Part shown: positions 6,125-16,119 of the stretch, in pieces
How the letters are laid out: each line of letters opens with the position of its first letter
Numbering within the stretch: the stretch's first letter is position 1
Virus record (IMG/VR): IMGVR_UViG_3300042368_001196
DNA: 20,000 nt
Direction: 5' to 3' (one strand)
Origin: an uncultured virus (IMG/VR IMGVR_UViG_3300042368_001196)
Taxonomy: Duplodnaviria > Heunggongvirae > Uroviricota > Caudoviricetes
Position numbers and translations under genes: made by a program
The notes under the pieces: model-generated
Told to the model about the DNA's origin: nothing
The model's input: the letters and a program-made list of their open reading frames with translations, nothing else
The model's database searches: none

Positions 6125-7903
6125 GTGGCGATGAGTGTTTGCAGTCTCATTAAGCCCGGCGAACCGCAGCCCGCGGGATACTTTCCGCGTTACGGGTTTT
6201 GGTGGCAAAAGGACACCGCCGATTGGGCGGTCGAGCTTTACTGCTTCCGTCAAAAAGAGCGGGTGGGAGAGATGCTTGCCAAGGAAGCCCACTTCAAAAA
6301 CGCGGCCCAGATGTTCTTCCACAAGAAGACGGAGAACTTTATCTGGCATCCGTGGGCGGACGATATGCTTTACGAGTGCTGTCATAGCAAGTTTGTCGGT
6401 TTCGCAGGCTGCGGTTCGTCCGGCAAGTCGGAATTCATGGCGATCTGGGCTTTGCTGAATTGGCTGGCTGCGCCGTTCCACACGCTTTCGTTGGTCACGA
6501 GCACGAGCATCCGTGATGCGAAGAAACGGGTCTGGGGTGCAATCCAGAGGTATTGGCCGTGCATCAAGCATGTCGCGCCCGGAAAACTGGCAGACACTCC
6601 GACTCCGGCCATCTACACGATCCGGAACGGCGAGCGGCTGGAGCAGTCGGGGGTTTACTTGATTCCGGCCGAGGCCAAGAAGACATCCGAGGTGACGGGT
6701 AAGATGCGAGGCATGAAGGCTCCTCGGGTCATCGTCGCGGCCGACGAGTTGAGTGAGTTGGGTCATGCCTTCCTCGACACGGCGATGTCGAACCTTTCGA
6801 ACAACCCGTTTCTCCACATTTGCGCGGCGGCGAACCCTGTCAGCTATTACGATCCCTTCGGCCGCTTCGTCGAGCCGACGAACGGGTGGGGGAGCATCAC
6901 GGTCAACGATGAGAAGTGGGAGACCAAGCTGGGTGGGGTTTGTCTGCACCTCGATGCCCTCAAGAATCCGAACTACTTGGCCGGCGAGAACAAGTGGCCG
7001 ATCCAGAAATGGGAGAAGATCGACGAGGCCCGTGAACGACTCGGTGAGGACAACCCGATCTTCTGGCGTGACTATCGGGGGTTCTGGCCACCGCAGGCGG
7101 TCAGCAAAGCCATCTACAGCGAGGCCGAGATCATCCGCTTCCAAGCCGATCAGAAGCCGATCTGGAGGGGCCGCGCCGAACGTATTGTCGGCATCGACCC
7201 CTCGTTCGTGAGCGGCGGGGATAGGTGTGTCATTTATTTAGGCTCGTTTGGCCAGAACAAAGATGGGGTCGATCAGGTTTCCTTCGACGAATTCCACTAC
7301 CTCGACGAAGAGGCGAGCAACCCCGAGCCGCGCACCTTCCAGATCGCCAAGAAAATCAAAGACATCGTGGTCAAGGCTGGGGTGCCGTGGCGCAACATCG
7401 GGGTCGACGTGACGGGTGGCGGTGTGCCGTTCTGCGATGCGATGGCTACGGTCTGCGGGTCGAACGAGTTTCTCCGGGTTCACTTCGGCGGGGCTCCCTC
7501 TGGGCGCTCGCTCTCGGCTTACGATGCGACCGCAGCCCAAGATAAGTATGTGAACCGCGTGACCGAGCTTTGGTTCGGTGCGAAGGAGTTTCTCCAGAAT
7601 GGTCAGTTGCGGGGGATCGGGCCGGATCTTGCTCGGGAGATGACCAGCCGGAACTACGACACGCGCAAATCCGGATCGATGAAGGTCGTCGTCGAGAGTA
7701 AGACCGACATGAAGGCCAGGATCGGCCGGTCGCCCGACGTAGCCGACGCGGCCTTCGTCATGCTCGATGTTGTCCGCGAAAGGTTCGGGCTGCGTCCTCC
7801 GCAAGAGACTGGTGGGAGTCGCCGCGGCATGAGCAGTTGGAAGTCGACGATGACGACCAAGTATGCCCCGCGGCGGTCGGGTCAGTTGCTCCAGTCTTTT
7901 TGA
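6125..7903 (+). CDS. terL: Terminase large subunit
   Basis: Walker A GCGSSGKS, Walker B VIVAADE, ANP coupling motif, RNase H-like GIDPS and C-terminal SPDVADA. The exact start is uncertain. Confidence 0.93.
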   Translation: MAMSVCSLIKPGEPQPAGYFPRYGFWWQKDTADWAVELYCFRQKERVGEMLAKEAHFKNAAQMFFHKKTENFIWHPWADDMLYECCHSKFVGFAGCGSSGKSEFMAIWALLNWLAAPFHTLSLVTSTSIRDAKKRVWGAIQRYWPCIKHVAPGKLADTPTPAIYTIRNGERLEQSGVYLIPAEAKKTSEVTGKMRGMKAPRVIVAADELSELGHAFLDTAMSNLSNNPFLHICAAANPVSYYDPFGRFVEPTNGWGSITVNDEKWETKLGGVCLHLDALKNPNYLAGENKWPIQKWEKIDEARERLGEDNPIFWRDYRGFWPPQAVSKAIYSEAEIIRFQADQKPIWRGRAERIVGIDPSFVSGGDRCVIYLGSFGQNKDGVDQVSFDEFHYLDEEASNPEPRTFQIAKKIKDIVVKAGVPWRNIGVDVTGGGVPFCDAMATVCGSNEFLRVHFGGAPSGRSLSAYDATAAQDKYVNRVTELWFGAKEFLQNGQLRGIGPDLAREMTSRNYDTRKSGSMKVVVESKTDMKARIGRSPDVADAAFVMLDVVRERFGLRPPQETGGSRRGMSSWKSTMTTKYAPRRSGQLLQSF

Positions 7904-7926
7904 AGCGGTATCATAACAGCATAACA

Positions 7927-8112
7927 ATGTCGTATCGCGTCACAGTTGAAGAGCTTCGCAAGAATGCGCCACCGCTGCGGATGATTTCGCTGACCGCACC
8001 GGATTGGCTTCAGGCCGTCGATGCGGTGACCGAGGTGTTGTCCAAGGAAGACACCATGTTCCAAGAGGACGAGACCGAAACACGCGAAGAAGCTAACGAC
8101 GATTGGGTATAA
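7927..8112 (+). CDS. Hypothetical 61-aa protein with acidic tail
   Basis: ATG at 7927 follows an A/C-rich leader. Its TAA overlaps the next ATG (TAATG). The track start at 7837 overlaps terL and is less likely. Confidence 0.65.
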   Translation: MSYRVTVEELRKNAPPLRMISLTAPDWLQAVDAVTEVLSKEDTMFQEDETETREEANDDWV

Positions 8113-9212
8113 TGCCGCTGGGAACTTCATACGGGTATCCGGTCAAGACAGCCGACGAACTCGGACTGACGGACTATTTCCGCAAGAACCCAAAAGTCGC
8201 CGGTATGGCATGGGGCGGTGGGTTGAACGGAACCGACGTGAAAGAGCCTCGGGTAATCGTGGCCAATCCGTTCAACCGTCACATGGCTGACCCGAACAAG
8301 ATGCAGGGTCTTCTCAAGATTGAAGCGGCCATGCATTTGATGGACGAGACCGGATACGCGCCTGAGTTTGAGCTTTCCGAAGAGCAGCAGGAGTGGCGCA
8401 AAAAAGAGTTTGGCAAAGACGCGGCGAGCAAGGCTTACGCGGAAGATGATATTGCGTTCAAGAGGTCGATCATCTCGCGGATCGGGGTCGATAAAGTTTC
8501 AGGTGTTACGCCGGAGCAGAAAGCCGAAGCGGACCGGATCAATGCGATTTTAGACGAGCGGGAGAATCCGGACTTTGTGAAGTCTATAATGAGCAATTTA
8601 GGCCCAGAGATTAACGCAGCGCAGTCATTTTTGGACGACTGGTATGACCGCCGCAAAATAACAGATCCACACATCCAAGAGGGACTGGATAAAGACGCGC
8701 CGTATATAGAAGAAAACTTACAGAAGCCACCAAAAGTAGAAATTCAGAAGGAGATCGACGGCGATCCAAGAATAACGGGGCAATACCTACGGGATGAAGG
8801 CCGTCTTCTGATGACTCCTAACGCGGACAGTTCCGTGCCACTCCATGAGTTGACGCATCATGTGAATCAAGCAGGACTCGGAGGCGGCTTTATGAGGACC
8901 ATACATAAAGACATTGTCGCCAACGAAATTAAACCCAAAGACCAGCAGAAAGGCGTCTATAAGGACAAGTTTGATTACTTTGCTAATCCAGATGAAGTCC
9001 ATGCGCGGATAATGGTGCTTCGTCAGCAAGCTGGTTTTCAGCCGGACAAGACCATTACGGAGCAGGATTTGGAGGGGTTTTTACAGGACTACGACGGCAA
9101 TAACGACAATATCAATGATCTACTTGAGATGTCCAAAGGAAGAAAAAGCATCCTTAACATGCTAAATTTCATGGCGTCTGTTCCCAGAGACCGAAGCACT
9201 CTAACAGCGTGA
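8112..9212 (+). CDS. Two-module protein with C-terminal zincin-like (HExxH) metallopeptidase domain
   Basis: PLHELTHH at ~8844, with downstream YFANPDEVHAR providing a candidate third ligand (E). ATG at 8112 is coupled to the upstream stop. Confidence 0.65.
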   Translation: MPLGTSYGYPVKTADELGLTDYFRKNPKVAGMAWGGGLNGTDVKEPRVIVANPFNRHMADPNKMQGLLKIEAAMHLMDETGYAPEFELSEEQQEWRKKEFGKDAASKAYAEDDIAFKRSIISRIGVDKVSGVTPEQKAEADRINAILDERENPDFVKSIMSNLGPEINAAQSFLDDWYDRRKITDPHIQEGLDKDAPYIEENLQKPPKVEIQKEIDGDPRITGQYLRDEGRLLMTPNADSSVPLHELTHHVNQAGLGGGFMRTIHKDIVANEIKPKDQQKGVYKDKFDYFANPDEVHARIMVLRQQAGFQPDKTITEQDLEGFLQDYDGNNDNINDLLEMSKGRKSILNMLNFMASVPRDRSTLTA

Positions 9213-10183
9213 ATTATTTCCACTCCGGAGATTTGGGAGATGTGCTCTACGCCTTGCCCTCGATGAGGGAACTCGGGCGCGGGGATCTTTATCTGAACTC
9301 CCGTCCCTGGACGGCGAAGATGACTGAGCAGCGGGCGGCGGTGTTGCGTCCACTCCTTGAAGCCCAAGACTATGTCGGCAAGGTCATTCACGGGGATGCG
9401 CCGGCCAACGAGCACTGCGTTAATTTCTCTACGTTCCGTAATGGCGGGCTGATCTACGGGGTCAGCCTGATGGAATTGCAAAGCGATTGGGTCAATGCGA
9501 ACGCGGTGCCCGATCCTTGGCTGAAAGTTTCCCCCTCGGCGCGGGCGCGGGGGCGGGTCGTCTGTCACCGCAGCCCGCGCTACCACAATCCTTACTTCCG
9601 GTGGGATCTAATCGGTGAAGCCCTCGGCACGAAGATGCTCTTTGTCGGGTTGCCGCACGAGGTCGAGGAACTGCGTCGGGTGACCAAGGTCCATGCCGAG
9701 TATGCGATCACCAGCGATTACCTTGAACTGGCCAAGCTGATTGCGGGCGCGGATCTCTTTATCGGCAACCAGTCGAGCCCGATGGGCTTGGCTATTGGTC
9801 TCGGGGTGCCCTTCATCCAAGAGACATGCCTTTGGACGCCGGACTGTCTCTACCCGCGCAAGGACGGCACCTATTGTTATGACGGTGGGATATCCCACTT
9901 CGAGATCCCGCCCTTCAATCCGCCGCCGGATGTCGATCGCAACGCGCTCCCTCCCGGCGGATGGCAAGTGATCTCCCGTCATAGCGGTGAACGCGGCTCC
10001 TTCAAGAGCCACCGCCTCGCGACCCGCCACCTCTACAAGACCGACCGCTTTTTCACCGAGACAGATGCCGCCGTCGAGGTCGACCGGCAGAATGCCCTCC
10101 GCATTCCGCATCTCGTCCGACGCAACTCGACCTTTGAAATCTTCGGCAAGGTGGCACCTTTAGTCCACGCCGTTGCTGCATGA
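9209..10183 (+). CDS. Glycosyltransferase family 9 (heptosyltransferase-like, GT-B) with C-terminal extension
   Basis: HSGDLGDVLYALP and LELAKLIAGADLFIGNQSSPMGLAIGLGVP match the GT9 G-(I/L)-G-D and FIGNDSG..HLA..LG.P patterns. Confidence 0.8.
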   Translation: MNYFHSGDLGDVLYALPSMRELGRGDLYLNSRPWTAKMTEQRAAVLRPLLEAQDYVGKVIHGDAPANEHCVNFSTFRNGGLIYGVSLMELQSDWVNANAVPDPWLKVSPSARARGRVVCHRSPRYHNPYFRWDLIGEALGTKMLFVGLPHEVEELRRVTKVHAEYAITSDYLELAKLIAGADLFIGNQSSPMGLAIGLGVPFIQETCLWTPDCLYPRKDGTYCYDGGISHFEIPPFNPPPDVDRNALPPGGWQVISRHSGERGSFKSHRLATRHLYKTDRFFTETDAAVEVDRQNALRIPHLVRRNSTFEIFGKVAPLVHAVAA

Positions 10184-10572
10184 CTGACTGTGAAAAAGGC
10201 ACCTCGGCCGAGGTAAGGTTTATTTATGAAGCCGATGGGCGTGGCTGGAAAGTCTACGTGCCGCTCGGTCATGCCCATGCCGCCGACCTCGTCATTCTCC
10301 GTCCCCCGAAACGACCCATCAGTGTTCAGGTAAAAACCGCGACCTTTAACCCGCACCGCAATAACTACGGAGTGATGACGAGCCGTGGTAAGAAAACCAA
10401 GAAGGCTTATGCTCGTGGCGATTTTCAGATTCTCGCCGCTTGGCTCCCCGACTTGAAGCAGTTCGTCCTCTGGCGATTTGACGAGATTAAAAAGAGGAAG
10501 AAGATTTGCTATTCGCCGCGGCTCCATCGACAGCCGGATAATTGGGAAATCCTCGACACCGTGCTAAAGTAA
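10180..10572 (+). CDS. Free-standing PD-(D/E)xK endonuclease (PDDEXK_5-like)
   Basis: KGTSAE...GWKVYVP....ADLV...VQVKTA...DFQILA; basic 130-aa protein with ATGA coupling. Confidence 0.8.
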   Translation: MTDCEKGTSAEVRFIYEADGRGWKVYVPLGHAHAADLVILRPPKRPISVQVKTATFNPHRNNYGVMTSRGKKTKKAYARGDFQILAAWLPDLKQFVLWRFDEIKKRKKICYSPRLHRQPDNWEILDTVLK

Positions 10573-10586
10573 TAACTCCGTAAACC

Positions 10587-11342
10587 ATGCTCCTCGTCCT
10601 GCCCGTCTCTCAAGCCGACATCAAGCTCGCCACTAAGCTGGCCGGGCACATGGCCCTTTTGGGTAACCTCGGCCGGCACAAGCTGCTGGTGGTCGGAGCC
10701 TACAATACGAAGGACGAAGCCGCCGCTTTGAAAGAGCAGTTGGCCCCGCTTTTCGCTTCGGCCGAGCTTTTCGTCCCAGATTCCGAGTGTGAACTCGGCT
10801 GGCCCCAGAGTGCCAACCATCTGTGGGCTCGCACTGTGCGATACCTTCAACACAGCGGGAACAAGGACACTTGGTATTGGTTCGAGGCCGACAACACCCC
10901 GATCCGCGAGGATTGGCTCGACGCGATCGAGACCGAATACAACCAAGCCCAGAAACCTTTCCTTGGAGCCATCCAAGTGACCCGGATGCTCGACCGCAAG
11001 ACGGGCGAATTCGTCAAAGTCGACGGCGAGCATGTCATCGGCACCTGTGTTTATCCGGGCGATCTCCATAACCGCTCGATCTTGTGGAGCTATGTCCGCA
11101 CCGACGACGGCCCGAATGTCGAACCCTTCGACGTTTATCTCCGCCACGAGATGCGCCCGAACACGGCGGTCTCGAAACTTATTCACAACAACTGGCGCAC
11201 CAAGAACTACGAGATCGATGAAGACGGCCGCATCTACTGCGATCCGATCGACGACAAATCGGTCTACGGCCCCGTGCCGACCAACGCCGCCGTCGTCCAC
11301 GGTTGTAAAGACGGCTCACTTATCGAAGCCCTGCAAAAATGA
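10587..11342 (+). CDS. Putative GT-A-fold glycosyltransferase-like protein
   Basis: Hydrophobic strand plus ExD motif (WYWFEADNTP..EDWL), KPFLG and C-terminal VVHGCKD, next to a GT9 gene. The fold call is an inference. Confidence 0.5.
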   Translation: MLLVLPVSQADIKLATKLAGHMALLGNLGRHKLLVVGAYNTKDEAAALKEQLAPLFASAELFVPDSECELGWPQSANHLWARTVRYLQHSGNKDTWYWFEADNTPIREDWLDAIETEYNQAQKPFLGAIQVTRMLDRKTGEFVKVDGEHVIGTCVYPGDLHNRSILWSYVRTDDGPNVEPFDVYLRHEMRPNTAVSKLIHNNWRTKNYEIDEDGRIYCDPIDDKSVYGPVPTNAAVVHGCKDGSLIEALQK

Positions 11343-13651
11343 CAAATTCCGAACTAGCACCCCTCGAACTCCTTGGCCTTGAAGAGAACGGCCGCGCCCC
11401 CAAGATGCGCGTGGACAACGTCAACAGCGCCCGCTCCATCTACAAAGCGATCAAGGACAGCGACCAAGGCTCCAGTAAAAACCGCGCTCTGGTTGACGCC
11501 ATGTTCAATGGTGCCGCCCCCTTCAACCAGCAAGACTTGATCGAGATGGGCCAAGGCGAGCGCACGAATCTCGATTTCGGCGAAGCCTCCGCCCTGAAAG
11601 AGCAAGCCCTCGCCGGATACTACGACCTCACATCAAGCGTCGATGTCTTGGCCCGTATTTCGATCGATTACGGTTCCCCCGAGCAGAAGGTCGAGTGGGA
11701 GCGCATCCTGGCCGAAGAATTTACGCGGACTCTCAAAGAGTGGCAGGAATTCGAGTTCAATCACCAGATGCTTGCCGACCAGTTCGTCTCGCATGGCGTC
11801 GGGGTTTGTTATTTTGAGGACGAGGTCGATTGGCGTTGGCGTGTGGCCGGGCTCTCCGAGTTCCGGTTGCCACGTGGAACACGCGCCTCCGAATGGGAGA
11901 TCGAGGTCGCCACGGTTGATCGCGAGTATCAGGCGCATCAACTTTACAAATTCATCGAAGACCCCGCCGTGGCCAAAGACCTGGGGTGGAACGTGAAGAT
12001 GGTGAAGCAGGCGTTGATCCGCGCTTGCCGCGACAGTTCGTTTCAAGAGGCCGGTGAGTGGGAGAAGCTCGAAGTAGAACTTAAAAACAACGACCTCCTC
12101 TACGGCAACAGCCGTGGCAAGAAAGTGCACGTTGTGCACATGTGGGTGCGCGAGTTTGACGGCAAGGTATCCCACCTCATGTTCCTCAAGGATCCGATCG
12201 GTTCGGACGAGAACGCCAAGGAGGAGGACTTCCTCTTCAAGCGCCCGAATCGTTTCGCCGCCCCGACCAACTGCTTCGTTACTTTTTGCTACGGCGTCGG
12301 CAACGGCACGTATCACGGCATCCGCGGGCTTGGATACAAGGTGTATCCACACATTCAGCTTTTGAATCGGCTGCGCTGCGGCATGGTCGATGGTGCGTTG
12401 CTCTCTTCGGCCCTGATCGTCCAGCCCGGCGACAATGGTTCCCGCGCCCTCGAAGACCTCACGCTTTCGTATTACGGCCCCTACGCACTCTTTCCTCCTG
12501 GGCTGAAGATCGTCGAGAAGGCGATCCCCAACTACAACCAGAACCTCATGCCGGTCTTGAACGACCTCACCATGAATATGCAGAACCGGACGATCGGCTA
12601 CCAGTCTCGCTCGATCACTCCGGACGGCCAATCCCGCACTGCGTATGAGGTTCGCGCCCAGTTGCAGCAAGAAGCCGTGCTCGGGGCCGCGGCGATCAAT
12701 CTTTTCTACCACCCGTGGAAACGTCTTCTTCGTGAGGCATACAGACGTTTAGTGTCGCGTGATTATTCCGCTAATGAACCCGGTGGCCGTGACGCCGTCG
12801 ACTTCAAGAAGCGTTGTATTGCCCGCGGAGTGCCGACCGAAGCGATCCATCGTTTCTCTACGGTCGAGCCCGTTCGCGCCATTGGTTACGGAAGCCCTGG
12901 GATGCGGAGTGCGGCGATCGACGAGACGATGTCCATCTTCGGTTCCTTAGATGAGATGGGTCGGGTCAATCTCTTGCGCGACCGCATTGCCGCCCGCTTT
13001 GGGCAGGAAGTGGTCGACCGCTATTTGCCCTCGCCCGCGACCACGCTCCGCACCCCGATCGACGACAAGATCGCGCTTCTGGAGAATGCCACGATGTCGG
13101 CCGGCACCGCGCTGCCCGTCTCCTCCGGCGAGAACCATTTCATCCACGCCAGCCGCCACCTGACGGCGCTCGATGGTCTCGACCAAGCGATCTCCCAAGG
13201 TCAGGCCGACCCTGCCGCCGCGCTCGCCGCTTACCAGACGATGTTGCCGCATCTCGGTGAACACTTGCAGTTGCTCGCTCCCGATGTCGCCCGTCAGGAC
13301 CAGATCGGGCTTATGCGCCAGCGGTTCCAGCAGTTGAATGCTTCCGGTCAGCGACTCGCCGACGAGTTGCAAGCCGCCGCCGAGCAGCAAGCCAAAGCCC
13401 AAGAGGCCGAGCAAGCTCGCGCCATTGAAGCCGAGCAAGCAAGGATTGCCGACATGGAGCGTCAGTTGGCTGATGCCCAGATGCTTTCACCCAAAGCCCA
13501 AGCCGACTTGGCCGAACGCAGAGCGAAGCTCCAGATGCAGATCGAGAAACACCAAGTCGATATGCAGACCAAGCAGGCCAAGGTCATGCAGGATCTCGCC
13601 CTCAAAGATGCCCAGACCGCTGCGAAGATCGGTCCGGCGCAACCGATGTGA
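11339..13651 (+). CDS. Portal protein with long Q/A-rich coiled-coil C-terminus
   Basis: 770 aa, downstream of terL. Contains HGVGVCYF, YHGIRGLG, RTAYEV and ENHFIH segments and a helical tail as in P22-like large portals. Confidence 0.8.
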   Translation: MTNSELAPLELLGLEENGRAPKMRVDNVNSARSIYKAIKDSDQGSSKNRALVDAMFNGAAPFNQQDLIEMGQGERTNLDFGEASALKEQALAGYYDLTSSVDVLARISIDYGSPEQKVEWERILAEEFTRTLKEWQEFEFNHQMLADQFVSHGVGVCYFEDEVDWRWRVAGLSEFRLPRGTRASEWEIEVATVDREYQAHQLYKFIEDPAVAKDLGWNVKMVKQALIRACRDSSFQEAGEWEKLEVELKNNDLLYGNSRGKKVHVVHMWVREFDGKVSHLMFLKDPIGSDENAKEEDFLFKRPNRFAAPTNCFVTFCYGVGNGTYHGIRGLGYKVYPHIQLLNRLRCGMVDGALLSSALIVQPGDNGSRALEDLTLSYYGPYALFPPGLKIVEKAIPNYNQNLMPVLNDLTMNMQNRTIGYQSRSITPDGQSRTAYEVRAQLQQEAVLGAAAINLFYHPWKRLLREAYRRLVSRDYSANEPGGRDAVDFKKRCIARGVPTEAIHRFSTVEPVRAIGYGSPGMRSAAIDETMSIFGSLDEMGRVNLLRDRIAARFGQEVVDRYLPSPATTLRTPIDDKIALLENATMSAGTALPVSSGENHFIHASRHLTALDGLDQAISQGQADPAAALAAYQTMLPHLGEHLQLLAPDVARQDQIGLMRQRFQQLNASGQRLADELQAAAEQQAKAQEAEQARAIEAEQARIADMERQLADAQMLSPKAQADLAERRAKLQMQIEKHQVDMQTKQAKVMQDLALKDAQTAAKIGPAQPM

Positions 13652-13654
13652 CTT

Positions 13655-13867
13655 ATGCCAAGAGACTACGCCCAGGAATATATTTACCACTCGTCACCCG
13701 AGCAGAAGCGCCGTCGTGCCCAGCGCAATGCCGCTCGTCGAAAAATGGAGCGGGCCGGTCGCGTCTCTAAAGGCGACGGCAAGGACGTGCACCATAAAAA
13801 CGGAATGAGCAACCACTCCAGCAATCTGGCCGTGTTGCCGAGGTCCGTGAACCGGAGTATTAAGTAA
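13655..13867 (+). CDS. Small HNH endonuclease
   Basis: GDGKDVHHKNG..N..SNL.V....NR motif with a basic N-terminal helix. Confidence 0.85.
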   Translation: MPRDYAQEYIYHSSPEQKRRRAQRNAARRKMERAGRVSKGDGKDVHHKNGMSNHSSNLAVLPRSVNRSIK

Positions 13868-13871
13868 TAAC

Positions 13872-14104
13872 ATGCCCGCTTATTATCCAGAAGGAAACAC
13901 CCCACTGCGCGAGGACTATACCGAGCGGTCGTTGCAGAAGATCAACGACATCATGCACTCGAATACTCCGACCTGGGACGACATCGTGCTGACCTATGCC
14001 GGAAGCAACCTGACCAAGGTTGAGTATAAGTTGAGCGGTCAGATCGTTGAGACCCGCAACTTCTCTTACACTGGCACGAACCTGACCCGCGTCCTGAAAA
14101 GCTA

Positions 14105-14105
<1 letters not shown>
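13872..14105 (+). CDS. Hypothetical probable virion protein
   Basis: 77 aa with the internal repeat LTYAGSNLTKV / FSYTGTNLTRV. It is TAATG-coupled to the tail-fibre gene. Confidence 0.7.
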
Positions 14106-15699
<1,594 letters not shown>

Positions 15700-15700
<1 letters not shown>

Positions 15701-16119
15701 TGACCGAGCAATACGCCATCCTCGATCAAGCCAACGGACACCTCGTCAACACCGTCCTCTGGGACGGCGACACCGCCAAATGGCAACCGCCCGCCGGAAC
15801 CACCGCCGTCCGCTTGGCCGACATCGACCTCGCCACGCTCCCGCCCGCACCCGCACCGGAAGCTGATCCGATCACCGCCGAAGAACACCTCAAATCCGTC
15901 GGCCTCGGCGGCGAACGCCAGCCCACGTTGCTCTATTTGCGTTTTAACCTCCAAGCCGCTGGCAAGCAGAGCCCGGAACTCGACGCTCTGGAAGGCTACT
16001 TGAACGCAATCCTCGACACATTTGCCAATGATCCGTCGCCGCGCAACGACTGGCCGCAGCCCCCGCTGACTTTCGAGCAAGCCGTCCAATCCGCCCGCAC
16101 CACTCTCAACACGCCATGA
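15700..16119 (+). CDS. Tail-fibre-associated hypothetical protein (possible chaperone)
   Basis: YAI....G.LVN.V.WDG....W.PP.G motif. It is coupled to both neighbouring fibre genes. Confidence 0.7.

Noticed and set aside
5990..7144. 384-aa minus-strand ORF (also 7238-7927, 10509-11300, 11633-12712)
   Set aside because: These are antisense shadows of terL, the GT-like gene and the portal in GC-rich DNA, with no recognisable motifs.
6125..7903. Intein in the terminase (or helicase)
   Set aside because: Lengths and motif spacing are normal, and no C...HN/(C,S,T) splice junctions were seen.
10180..10572. Group I intron carrying the endonuclease
   Set aside because: The flanking genes are complete and abut the ORF, leaving no non-coding room for an intron core.
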